From assembly GCA_018220935.1 (NCBI GenBank), contig JAAOXU010000002.1, positions 7,664-71,663 on the forward strand: a DNA stretch of 64,000 nucleotides, read 5' to 3'. The notes beneath the pieces were generated by a model. The model had not been told where the DNA came from. It searched no databases and saw only the letters and a program-made list of their open reading frames with translations. The stretch comes from Candidatus Altiarchaeota archaeon. GTDB taxonomy: Archaea > SpSt-1190. A program made the position numbers and the translations under genes. This document shows positions 18,739 through 26,841 of the stretch, piece by piece; within the stretch, counting starts at the first letter, position 1, and each line of letters opens with the position of its first letter.

Positions 18739-19806
18739 TTGATGAACAAGGAAGCTCCGTTGCGCATTGGAATTATCCTGATGATTATACTCTTTTCAGT
18801 TATGATTGCGCTTCAACGGGGCAGTGATAGTGATAATATTACGTATGAGGAGCGAGTAAAAGAAGATATTTTTGGTTCAGAAACTAAGGAAGGTTTTCTC
18901 CCCGCTCTACCTTTTGATATACGAGCTGTTATGAGTAAAGCAGGGCTTTCAAACAAAACGTTTTGTCCTTTCATTAATCCTTATATGTCTCAATTATTTG
19001 CTGCAGGGAGCTTAGAAGTGTCTAAAAATTATGGTAATCCATTGTATCATGCTTTACTTTATTCAATGAATAAAGAGCCACAACTCTGTGCGGATGATTG
19101 TAATAGGGCTCACCCTCCAATCGTTGTTGACTGTGAACCTGATGATAGGGCTTGTTTTGGGATATATCGAGCAGAAGACCAGATGCGTCAAGAAAACTTT
19201 CAAACTTGTGTTAATGACTGTATAGGAACTGAAGCAACTTGTGAGACTGCAATTTTAGCTGAATATGATTATGAGAATGAAAACTATGTGCTCTCTTGTG
19301 GTGACTATTCTCGAACTCTTGAAATTGATGAACTTGCAGATGGATTAAACCGATCAATTGCGTATTTAGGTTCAATTGGTCTTTCTGACTATGGGCTTTC
19401 GGTAAATGATAAGATTGCGGGTTGGCAATGTTTTGTTTTCTTTGGTATAATTCCATTTTTTGCTATGTACTTTTTCTTAATGGATATAATGGGTTTTACT
19501 ATGTTCTCACGAAAACTTAAAATTCTCCTTACTATTTTTGGATCTGTTTTAGCTATAATGTCTGGTACTTTTGCAAAATTCATCTGGCAACTTTCCTACA
19601 TTGCAGCTTTAGGTGTTCAAGGAACTTTTCTTTTAGTTATGGTATTTTTGAGTTTCATATCCCTAATCATGAGTTGGATTGGTTCAATTGGGGCTGCTAG
19701 TGGAGATGCTTCAAGAAGGTCTGCTGAACTCAGTTTAGGTATGGCAGAAAAATACACTTTTCAGGCCCTTGGCAGGGCCGTTCAACACGATAACAAGAAG
19801 AATTAG
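18739..19806 (+). CDS. Membrane protein with a Cys-rich ectodomain and conserved C-terminal TM module (paralogue 1)
   Basis: N-terminal signal anchor, an ectodomain of ~200 aa with ~11 Cys (FCPFINPY.., LCADDCNRAH..DCEPDDRAC..), then WQCFVFFGIIPFF and 3-4 TM helices. The likely real start is ATG 18742. Confidence 0.6.
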   Translation: MMNKEAPLRIGIILMIILFSVMIALQRGSDSDNITYEERVKEDIFGSETKEGFLPALPFDIRAVMSKAGLSNKTFCPFINPYMSQLFAAGSLEVSKNYGNPLYHALLYSMNKEPQLCADDCNRAHPPIVVDCEPDDRACFGIYRAEDQMRQENFQTCVNDCIGTEATCETAILAEYDYENENYVLSCGDYSRTLEIDELADGLNRSIAYLGSIGLSDYGLSVNDKIAGWQCFVFFGIIPFFAMYFFLMDIMGFTMFSRKLKILLTIFGSVLAIMSGTFAKFIWQLSYIAALGVQGTFLLVMVFLSFISLIMSWIGSIGAASGDASRRSAELSLGMAEKYTFQALGRAVQHDNKKN

Positions 19807-19841
19807 CAATGCATATAACTTAGTAATGACATGCCCTTCTA

Positions 19842-20798
19842 ATGAGAGGCAACTCAAAAGACACCATTTGGCTTTTTATGGGAGTTTTACTCCTCTTCAT
19901 GATTATGGCGTCTTTTTCTCCTGGTTCTCAGATTGGCAGTGCCTTTTTGAACTTTAGGGGGTCTATTGAAAAAGTGTTTGGTGGGGGCGTTGGATATTGT
20001 CCTTTCATCAATCCCTATGCTATGGCAATCTATTCAGCAGGGGAACTCTACATTACAGGGGGTCATGCGTTGTGTGATCCTGTTGAGTATACTTTAAATA
20101 AAGAGGATGCAGCAAACTTCCCTGCGGCTAATTTCCCACATGGTGATGCTACGTGTCAAAAAGATTATTCGATTAAAATTGGGTCGGGGGGACAATTTGT
20201 TGAAGATGGAGTTATTGCGGAAGGAGATTTTGATGAACTAGATAATCTACTTCTTGTAACTTGTATTGATTGTAATACTGTTGGTGTAGATACTGATACT
20301 GTGCTTCGTAGTGATATATTTTTCCAACACTTTGCTGATTACCAGATTGATCCAGCATTAGAGGGCTTAATTGAACCAGATAACAAAATTGCAATCCAGC
20401 TTCTAACAGAAAAGAGGCCAGCATGGCAATGCTTTTTCATCTTTGGTTTACTACCTTTCTTTGTAACATTTTACTTACTAAATGATATTTTGATGTTTGC
20501 ATATCTTAGGACAAACACGAGAAGACTAATTGCAATCTTTGCATCCTTACTTGCAATCCTAACGGGCTCATTTGCAAATATTCTAGTTGCAGTAGCAAGC
20601 TTTGTTGGACTATCAGTTGGTCAAAGCTTCTTAATGGCAATATTTTCACTAGCAATCCTATCAGTATTCTTAGGACAATTAACAGTTACAGCCGGAGTTG
20701 CTAAGACTACAGTTGATGCAGTTCAAAAGGCAGTTACTGGTGCACTTGTCCTAACTAATGTTGCTGGAGCAACTAATCCTGGTGCGAAAAAGGAGTAG
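19842..20798 (+). CDS. Membrane protein with a Cys-rich ectodomain and conserved C-terminal TM module (paralogue 2)
   Basis: Aligns by eye with the upstream ORF: YCPFINPY.., WQCFFIFGLLPFF.., NDILMF..R..IAIFASLLAILTGSFANI. Confidence 0.6.
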   Translation: MRGNSKDTIWLFMGVLLLFMIMASFSPGSQIGSAFLNFRGSIEKVFGGGVGYCPFINPYAMAIYSAGELYITGGHALCDPVEYTLNKEDAANFPAANFPHGDATCQKDYSIKIGSGGQFVEDGVIAEGDFDELDNLLLVTCIDCNTVGVDTDTVLRSDIFFQHFADYQIDPALEGLIEPDNKIAIQLLTEKRPAWQCFFIFGLLPFFVTFYLLNDILMFAYLRTNTRRLIAIFASLLAILTGSFANILVAVASFVGLSVGQSFLMAIFSLAILSVFLGQLTVTAGVAKTTVDAVQKAVTGALVLTNVAGATNPGAKKE

Positions 20799-20805
20799 TT
20801 AAGTT

Positions 20806-21648
20806 ATGAGGTGGGTTCTTTTATTTTTGGTTTTGGGTATGACTTACACTGGTGCGTATGCCCAAGGTTCATATGAGGAGGATGACACTATTAACCTTGA
20901 ATTGGGTGGACTTGATTTGAGTGAAATGCTAACGTCTTTGACCAATTCTTTAAAAAATGTTAATCTTATCCCTGATTTATCTTCATCTTGTAAGGAGCAC
21001 GAAGCTTGTGGTTCTGATGAATGTCCACCTAAAGTTTGTGAAATAAATAGTCAGTGTTCTAGTGATTCAACTTGTGTTGGTAATAGTTGTTTAATTAGTG
21101 ACTGCAACCCACTTAGTCAAGACAAGACTCGTGCATATTTTATGATACTTCTTTTGTTGTTTATGGCCTTTAGTATTGTAATTGGATTATCAAATATGCC
21201 TTCATCAATTTTTTCATTTTTCATTACGAGTTTTCTTTTCAATAATATTCCATCACTTTTTGAAGTAGCAGCCGCACAAGGATTATTTGAGTATGTATTC
21301 TCTGCACTTTTCATATTTTTATGGACTGATTATATCTTACAGTACATGTGGGCAATAAGTCCAATGACTCGTTTGTTCTTAGAGGCCTCAGTTACTTTGA
21401 TTGCATTATTTTTCATGAGCATTGGGGCAGTTTACGAGAGAATTGCCTGGATGCTTGAATTTTTCTTAGGAACAGTTGGATTTATTATGTTCATGTTCTT
21501 CATGTTAGGAATGCACTTCTTTAATGCCTTTATCAGTTTGACTAACGTTAAGGCTGCAAGAAATTTAAGGAAGGGTGGAAGTGTTGCAGTGCAAAACGTT
21601 GATAAGGATGTGGAGCGAAAAGTAATTGCGGAAGGGGGAGATAGGTAA
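20806..21648 (+). CDS. Membrane protein with signal peptide, a 9-Cys knot-like segment and a related TM module (distant paralogue 3)
   Basis: Signal peptide MRWVLLFLVLGMTYTGAYAQG. SSSCKEHEACGSDECPPKVCEINSQCSSDSTCVGNSCLISDC, then ~5 TM helices including TDYILQYMW..TRLF..LIALFFMSIG. AAGGAG lies ~12 nt upstream of the ATG. Confidence 0.6.
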   Translation: MRWVLLFLVLGMTYTGAYAQGSYEEDDTINLELGGLDLSEMLTSLTNSLKNVNLIPDLSSSCKEHEACGSDECPPKVCEINSQCSSDSTCVGNSCLISDCNPLSQDKTRAYFMILLLLFMAFSIVIGLSNMPSSIFSFFITSFLFNNIPSLFEVAAAQGLFEYVFSALFIFLWTDYILQYMWAISPMTRLFLEASVTLIALFFMSIGAVYERIAWMLEFFLGTVGFIMFMFFMLGMHFFNAFISLTNVKAARNLRKGGSVAVQNVDKDVERKVIAEGGDR

Positions 21649-22847
21649 TGGATTTAACTGCATTAATTCAAGCGGCTCTTGCATTTTTTTATCTTATGCT
21701 TACAATTGAAACTTTAGTATCCTCAACTAAGAACTTTTTAGCTAAACAACTCCCCTTTGAAGGGAGAATCCTGTTTTTGGCCTATTCTCACATGGTCTAT
21801 TTTGGTGGGTTTAGTTCAATGGGCCTTCGTATGTTTGAGAATATTTCAATCCTTGATTTTTTACTAAATCGACCTATTGTAATTGCATATGACTGGATAA
21901 ACGCATTTACTGTAAGTTTTTTTGGTCTCTCTTTTAAGACCAATCCATTTTTCATGTTCACATATTTAATTCCAATATTTTTTGTGTATAATTTTGTCGA
22001 ATACTGGTTTAGATATGGATTCTCAGACAAAAGAATCTCAAAATTAATTTCTTTTGCTGCTGTAATCTTGTATATTTCTTCAAATAATTCTTTAGGTTTA
22101 ATTGACCAATTTACTACCCCCTATGCGGGTCTTTTTGCGGCCCTAATTGCCGGGGGTGGTATTTTTGGTATGATAAACATGCTGATAAGTCTAATTAATG
22201 TAATTCCCATTTTTAATCTCACACCCCTTCAAAATTCAATTTCGTCAATAATTTCATACACACTTCCAATGGTTGGTGTTATTCAAACTGATAGTGGTGC
22301 TGAGGCTTCATGGTTATTGAATATTTTTGGTCCAGATTTAGCCCCTTTCATTGCTCTTATTGCAATAGCTGCCGTCTTAGCCGTTGTTATTTTTGTTGTT
22401 TATACAATGTATAAATACTTAATTTGGAAAATGACTTCAGATGCTGCTGAGGGTAAGTTACTAAAAACTTTACAATCCAGTGGAACATATATTTCTCTTT
22501 CATATATTATCTTTGGTGCTGGGTTTACACTAATGCTTTTGTTACTGAATGTAATTGGACTTGGTAAGGGATTTACTCTTGATACCAATGCGTTAATTCA
22601 GATACCGTTGGGAACTTTTAGTTTTGTTTTAAGTTTTATTTTAATTGCATTATTTTCAGAAGTCTTAGTTTTTGCTGCGATGCTTGTACTCTTTAACAAT
22701 ATGAAGTATGTGTTTAAGGGACGAGCTAGTTCTGGTGGTGGGGGTGGCAGTGGAGCAAACCCTACTGAAACAACTGAGGCTTCCGGACCAACACAAGAAG
22801 AAATTGATGCTGATCGAGAAAGATTAATTGGTATTGAAACTGATTAA
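21648..22847 (+). CDS. Polytopic membrane protein (399 aa), unknown family, Gly-rich acidic tail
   Basis: About 9 hydrophobic helices and a C-terminal SSGGGGGSGANPTETTEASGPTQEEIDADRERL. The start overlaps the upstream stop (TAATG), with GGGGGAG upstream. Confidence 0.6.
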   Translation: MDLTALIQAALAFFYLMLTIETLVSSTKNFLAKQLPFEGRILFLAYSHMVYFGGFSSMGLRMFENISILDFLLNRPIVIAYDWINAFTVSFFGLSFKTNPFFMFTYLIPIFFVYNFVEYWFRYGFSDKRISKLISFAAVILYISSNNSLGLIDQFTTPYAGLFAALIAGGGIFGMINMLISLINVIPIFNLTPLQNSISSIISYTLPMVGVIQTDSGAEASWLLNIFGPDLAPFIALIAIAAVLAVVIFVVYTMYKYLIWKMTSDAAEGKLLKTLQSSGTYISLSYIIFGAGFTLMLLLLNVIGLGKGFTLDTNALIQIPLGTFSFVLSFILIALFSEVLVFAAMLVLFNNMKYVFKGRASSGGGGGSGANPTETTEASGPTQEEIDADRERLIGIETD

Positions 22848-22883
22848 AGATAATCGTTTTATACTCATTAATGGTATTCCTCT

Positions 22884-23852
22884 GTGCTTAAATTTGTAAA
22901 TAGGGAAGCAGAACTTTGGCAGCTAAAGAATATTTTAGGTTCGGCGCCAAATTCAGTTTTATTTGTATATGGTCCAAAATCATCTGGAAAAAGTACTTTG
23001 ATGATGAAAATTTCTAAGATGTACCCTGGTGATATTTTGTTTTATGATTTTAGGGCACGAAGTCCTTCTGAAGTTCACCGCGTTCTTGCTAATCAAAAAC
23101 CTAGCTTTGGAACTCGTATGAGAAATTACCTTAGAAGAAAAGTTCAAAAAGACAATATCTATGATGGCATTGAACTTACTGAAGCTCAATTACAACAAAT
23201 GGCTAGAGGTAAGGTTGACGCTTTTGCACCCTTAATTAATAAACTAAAAAAATACAAGAATCCAGTTTTAGTACTTGATGAGATCCAAAACCTAGTACAC
23301 TCTGGGTTAGATGGTCAAGAGCTAGCACAACTTATGAATTTTTTAATTACAATTACAAAACGTCTTCACTTAGCACACGTAATTATTGTAACTAGTGATT
23401 GTCTTTTCATTGATGAGATTGCAAAGAAAGCTGCAATGGAGGAGGCTGCTGAATACCTATATGTTGGTGATTTACCCAAAAGCAGTGTTATTGAGTGGAT
23501 GAAAGACGAAGGTATGAGTCAGGCTATGGCAGCAAAGACGTACAGTTTAGTTGGTGGTAGGCCATATGATTTGTGGGTAATAGTCAACCATTTTCGTGCA
23601 ACTAATGATATTAATGTCATTGAAACTATGGTTAGACGAAAATCTTCAAGGGTAAAATTGACTCTAAAGTCTGTTGGTGCCCAAGAACTGCGGTTTATTC
23701 GAAAACTTGCAAAGGGTCCGCTCTCAATTACAGATATATCAAAAAAAGTTATGGAATGGGCAATTGATAACGAAATTGCCTTTTTTGATCCTGTTAATGG
23801 GGAAGTTTATGCTTTGAGTAAAAGTATGCAGGAAGCCTTGAAAAAAGTATAG
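22884..23852 (+). CDS. Archaeal-type P-loop ATPase (PF01637/ATPase_2-like)
   Basis: Starts with FVNREAEL, typical of this family. Walker A GPKSSGKS, Walker B VLVLDEIQ, and a C-terminal wHTH-like region. It has its own TATA-like TTTTATAC at 22857-22864, ~24 nt before the GTG. Confidence 0.65.
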   Translation: MLKFVNREAELWQLKNILGSAPNSVLFVYGPKSSGKSTLMMKISKMYPGDILFYDFRARSPSEVHRVLANQKPSFGTRMRNYLRRKVQKDNIYDGIELTEAQLQQMARGKVDAFAPLINKLKKYKNPVLVLDEIQNLVHSGLDGQELAQLMNFLITITKRLHLAHVIIVTSDCLFIDEIAKKAAMEEAAEYLYVGDLPKSSVIEWMKDEGMSQAMAAKTYSLVGGRPYDLWVIVNHFRATNDINVIETMVRRKSSRVKLTLKSVGAQELRFIRKLAKGPLSITDISKKVMEWAIDNEIAFFDPVNGEVYALSKSMQEALKKV

Positions 23853-23896
23853 TTGTTGCGTCTAAACGTTTTTAACTTCGTAAAACTCATAGTTCT

Positions 23897-25486
23897 GTGG
23901 AAAAAACTGTAATTACTGCCGCCTTACCATATGCAAATGGTGAGTTACACTTAGGTCACATCAAAAGTACCTATTTGCCTGCGGATATTTACACAAAATT
24001 TCTAAAATTTATTGGTTTACCTGCTATTTACTTATGTGCAAATGATGAGCACGGCACCCCTATTTTACTAAAATCTGATGATGAAAAGATAGCTCCCGAA
24101 GAATACATTAAACAATGGAGAACTAGACACTTAAACGATCTTAATTTTGTTTTGATTGATTTTGATAAATTTTATGCAACACACAGTCCTGAACACCTCA
24201 GTTTAACTCAAGAAATTTATAATAAACTAAAAAAAGCAGGTCACATAAAACGAGGAAAGGTAAAACAATACTGGGATTCAATTGAGAATACGCCACTGCC
24301 CGATAGATATGTAATAGGAACCTGTCCGCACTGTGATGCACTTGAGCAATATGGTGATCAATGTGAAAAATGCGCGAAAGTCTTTGTGGGTGGGGAACTA
24401 AAAAACCCAGTTGCAAAGAGAACTGGTAATAAAGCTGAAGTTCGTGAAGGTGAACATGTATTTTTTAAATTAAGTACTTTTAGTGATAAACTAAAAAAAT
24501 TTGTTGAAGAAATTGAGGCCCCACAAGATGTCAAGAATTTTGTTTTAGGCTGGGTAAAAGATGGCTTACAGGACTGGGATATTGAACGAGATATTAAATG
24601 GGGTATAGATGTTCCAGATTCAAATGGCGTCTTTTATGTTTGGTTTGATGCGCCAATTGGGTATTATAGTACACTAAAAAAATGGTGTATTGATAATAAT
24701 GAGAATTTCAAAGACTGGTGGAACGGCAAGGTTGTTCACTTTATTGGTAAAGATATAGCGTATCATCATTTCTTATTCTGGCCTGCTATGCTAATGGGTG
24801 CGGGTCTAAACGTGCCGAGTTCGATTCCAACGCGAGGTCACCTCACATTAGAGAACAAAAAATTTTCTAAGAGCCGTAATTGGTATATCTCAATAAAAGA
24901 TTGGAAAGATAATGGACTTGATCCAGAATACTTGAGGTTTTACATGACATATACTACGCCTCTAGGTTCAAGGGATAGTGATTTTTCAACTACTGAATTC
25001 CAAAAAACAGTAAATGAAGAGCTCGTAAATAACTTTGGTAACTTACTTCAAAGACTCTTAAAATTTGTAGAGCGCTTTGACTCTAAGCTTACAGAAAAGC
25101 CAGGAGAAGTATTTGATAAAGTACAAGCTTCACTAACTTTATTTGAAGAGTTAATGAAGGCTGGTGAATTATCAAAAGCACTACAACTCGTATCAAAACA
25201 CACTCACAAACTTAATGTATATTTTCAAGGGAAAGAACCTTGGAAAAACGAGAGTGAAGCCCCAAGTGTAATTGCAAATATTGCAAGTTCATTAAAATTA
25301 ATTAACATGATGCTCTACCCCTTCTTACCGAAAAAAACTAAGCAAGTTGCAGAACTACTAAATGTGAAATTAGAGTGGGATAATTCACCTCTACCAATTG
25401 GTCACAAACTAAAACCTGCAAAAATTCTTTTCCCAAAAGTTGATGATACAGTCTCAAAAAAACTAAAATCAATATACAACGCATAA
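23897..25486 (+). CDS. metG: Methionyl-tRNA synthetase (core enzyme, no C-terminal appended domain)
   Basis: HIGH-type ANGELHLGH, KMSKS-type KFSKS, and a zinc knuckle CPHC..CEKC. Confidence 0.9.
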   Translation: MEKTVITAALPYANGELHLGHIKSTYLPADIYTKFLKFIGLPAIYLCANDEHGTPILLKSDDEKIAPEEYIKQWRTRHLNDLNFVLIDFDKFYATHSPEHLSLTQEIYNKLKKAGHIKRGKVKQYWDSIENTPLPDRYVIGTCPHCDALEQYGDQCEKCAKVFVGGELKNPVAKRTGNKAEVREGEHVFFKLSTFSDKLKKFVEEIEAPQDVKNFVLGWVKDGLQDWDIERDIKWGIDVPDSNGVFYVWFDAPIGYYSTLKKWCIDNNENFKDWWNGKVVHFIGKDIAYHHFLFWPAMLMGAGLNVPSSIPTRGHLTLENKKFSKSRNWYISIKDWKDNGLDPEYLRFYMTYTTPLGSRDSDFSTTEFQKTVNEELVNNFGNLLQRLLKFVERFDSKLTEKPGEVFDKVQASLTLFEELMKAGELSKALQLVSKHTHKLNVYFQGKEPWKNESEAPSVIANIASSLKLINMMLYPFLPKKTKQVAELLNVKLEWDNSPLPIGHKLKPAKILFPKVDDTVSKKLKSIYNA

Positions 25487-25499
25487 ATACCTTGTATAA

Positions 25500-25919
25500 A
25501 TGCAAGGTATAAATGCGACCTCGTCTTTTTTCTCTATGACTAGTTTTACAGTCACTGGATACGGAGTGATCGTTAAAGGTGCTGAGGTTCTTTTAATTGA
25601 GCGAAAAAAGCCACCTGTTTGGGAGTTTCCTGGTGGGGGACTAAAAAAGGGAGAATCTATCCGGGATTGTATTTCACGAGAAGTGTTTGAAGAGGTTGAT
25701 ATAAAAATTAAGCCAGGTTTATTGATCCCTGTGATTGAAATTGAAGGCCATATTTCTGTTTTTGGTTTGTGTGATTACAAAGATGGGAATGTGGTAATTG
25801 ACAAAAACACTCATAATAATTTCAAGTGGGTTAGACTAAAGGAAGTTCCAAACGTAATAAATGGGCTTTCCATTGCTAGGTCTGTAAAAAGTTTTTTGGG
25901 CGAAGTTGTTAATTATTAA
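25500..25919 (+). CDS. NUDIX hydrolase
   Basis: Nudix box GGGLKKGESIRDCISREVFEEVDI. Confidence 0.75.
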   Translation: MQGINATSSFFSMTSFTVTGYGVIVKGAEVLLIERKKPPVWEFPGGGLKKGESIRDCISREVFEEVDIKIKPGLLIPVIEIEGHISVFGLCDYKDGNVVIDKNTHNNFKWVRLKEVPNVINGLSIARSVKSFLGEVVNY

Positions 25920-25930
25920 GAAAATAAAAG

Positions 25931-26085
25931 TCCCGCGGGCCGGATTTGAACCGGCAACAAGACGGTTTCTGATCGAGGGCTACTTTTCTCACCCCGCTAA
26001 GCGAGGGATTATCCCGTATTTCGGGTCCGTATGAGCATGCTCATCGGCTACAGCCGCCTGCTCTACCAGGTTGAGCTACCGCGGG
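25931..26085 (-). tRNA. tRNA-Tyr(GUA): tRNA-Tyr(GUA) with an 81-nt intron at the canonical 37/38 position
   Basis: Manual cloverleaf: CCCGCGG-UA-GCUC-AACCUGGUA-GAGC-A-GGCGG-CUGUAG[intron]A-CCGUC-UUGUU-GCCGG-UUCAAAU-CCGGC-CCGCGGG-A. Exons are 26048-26085 and 25931-25966; the intron is 25967-26047. It has the C1:G72 pair expected for archaeal tRNA-Tyr, and the anticodon loop CUGUAGA matches archaeal tRNA-Tyr. No CCA is encoded. The loop CUG can pair with the intron CAG, leaving an AA|A bulge at the 3' junction. Confidence 0.8.
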
Positions 26086-26130
26086 TCCATCCCGCAACGC
26101 GGGATCCAATAAGACTGTTTACTTTTTAGT

Positions 26131-26820
26131 TTAAAACACTTGCCTGTCCTTTACTAACGGATAAACTACTAGTGGTATAATTATTAGTAAACCAAGTAGT
26201 GCAATTGCCGTTGAAAGTGTATTGTATGACGCTTTTAGCTGAATTGGACACGGGTCTGCTTCAGTCTTTGGAATACAAACACCATCAACAATTTGTTCAA
26301 TTATTCTAGTTCTGTTTCCTCTAATACACTCCGTCCATTCACTTGGTTCATTACAGAATTTGGCTTCCCTAACTATTCCGATTACAAGATCCCCTAATTC
26401 AGTAATTTCAATTCTCACTAAGAATTTATTTGAGTCTTCACTTTGTTTAATCTTATCAATATTTTTCCACTTTCCACTATCATTCATGAAAATACGAATT
26501 TCTGAATAGCTAGCGTCCTTTATTTCAAGCCAAGTTTTTGGAATTGCAAACACAACTTGCATATTTGGAATGTATCCGTCTTTAAAGGCAGTATAATACC
26601 TATAAACTTCAATTTTTGAAGGCACGTCTAAAATATCAACTTGCTCGAGTCTTACACGTCCTTTAGGTCCACCAACTACTCTCACTGAATTTAATGAACC
26701 ATTTACTTCAAACAAGAAATCACCAACATCTGTAATATTAACATCAAATGGGTTGTAACTAACATCAAAATCACTAGCAAAAACTAGTCCCAGTAAAAAA
26801 ACTAGAATTAATTTCTTCAT
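26131..26820 (-). CDS. Secreted, C-terminally anchored protein (PGF-pre-PGF-like domain, tentative)
   Basis: Signal peptide MKKLILVFLLGLVFA and a C-terminal TM (AIALLGLLIIIPLVVYPLV). The central ..FAIPKTWL..IRIFMNDSGKWKNI.. resembles the archaeal PGF-pre-PGF domain. Confidence 0.45.
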   Translation of the reverse strand: MKKLILVFLLGLVFASDFDVSYNPFDVNITDVGDFLFEVNGSLNSVRVVGGPKGRVRLEQVDILDVPSKIEVYRYYTAFKDGYIPNMQVVFAIPKTWLEIKDASYSEIRIFMNDSGKWKNIDKIKQSEDSNKFLVRIEITELGDLVIGIVREAKFCNEPSEWTECIRGNRTRIIEQIVDGVCIPKTEADPCPIQLKASYNTLSTAIALLGLLIIIPLVVYPLVKDRQVF

Positions 26821-26841
26821 GTTTTAGTATGTAGTATCAGC

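Noticed and set aside
11365-22847. Calling the membrane cluster a type IV secretion, conjugation or Ced-like DNA transfer system
   Set aside because: The only resemblance is architectural (a polytopic protein with a long tail, plus small membrane proteins). No VirB4/VirD4/HerA-type ATPase, relaxase, pilin/prepilin signal or any diagnostic motif is present, so I report it as unclassified.
25967-26047. Box C/D sRNA embedded in the tRNA-Tyr intron (as in some archaeal tRNA-Trp introns)
   Set aside because: The intron has CGAUGAG near its 5' end and UCAGA near its 3' end, but no proper RUGAUGA/CUGA pair and no internal C'/D' boxes with 12-nt spacing.
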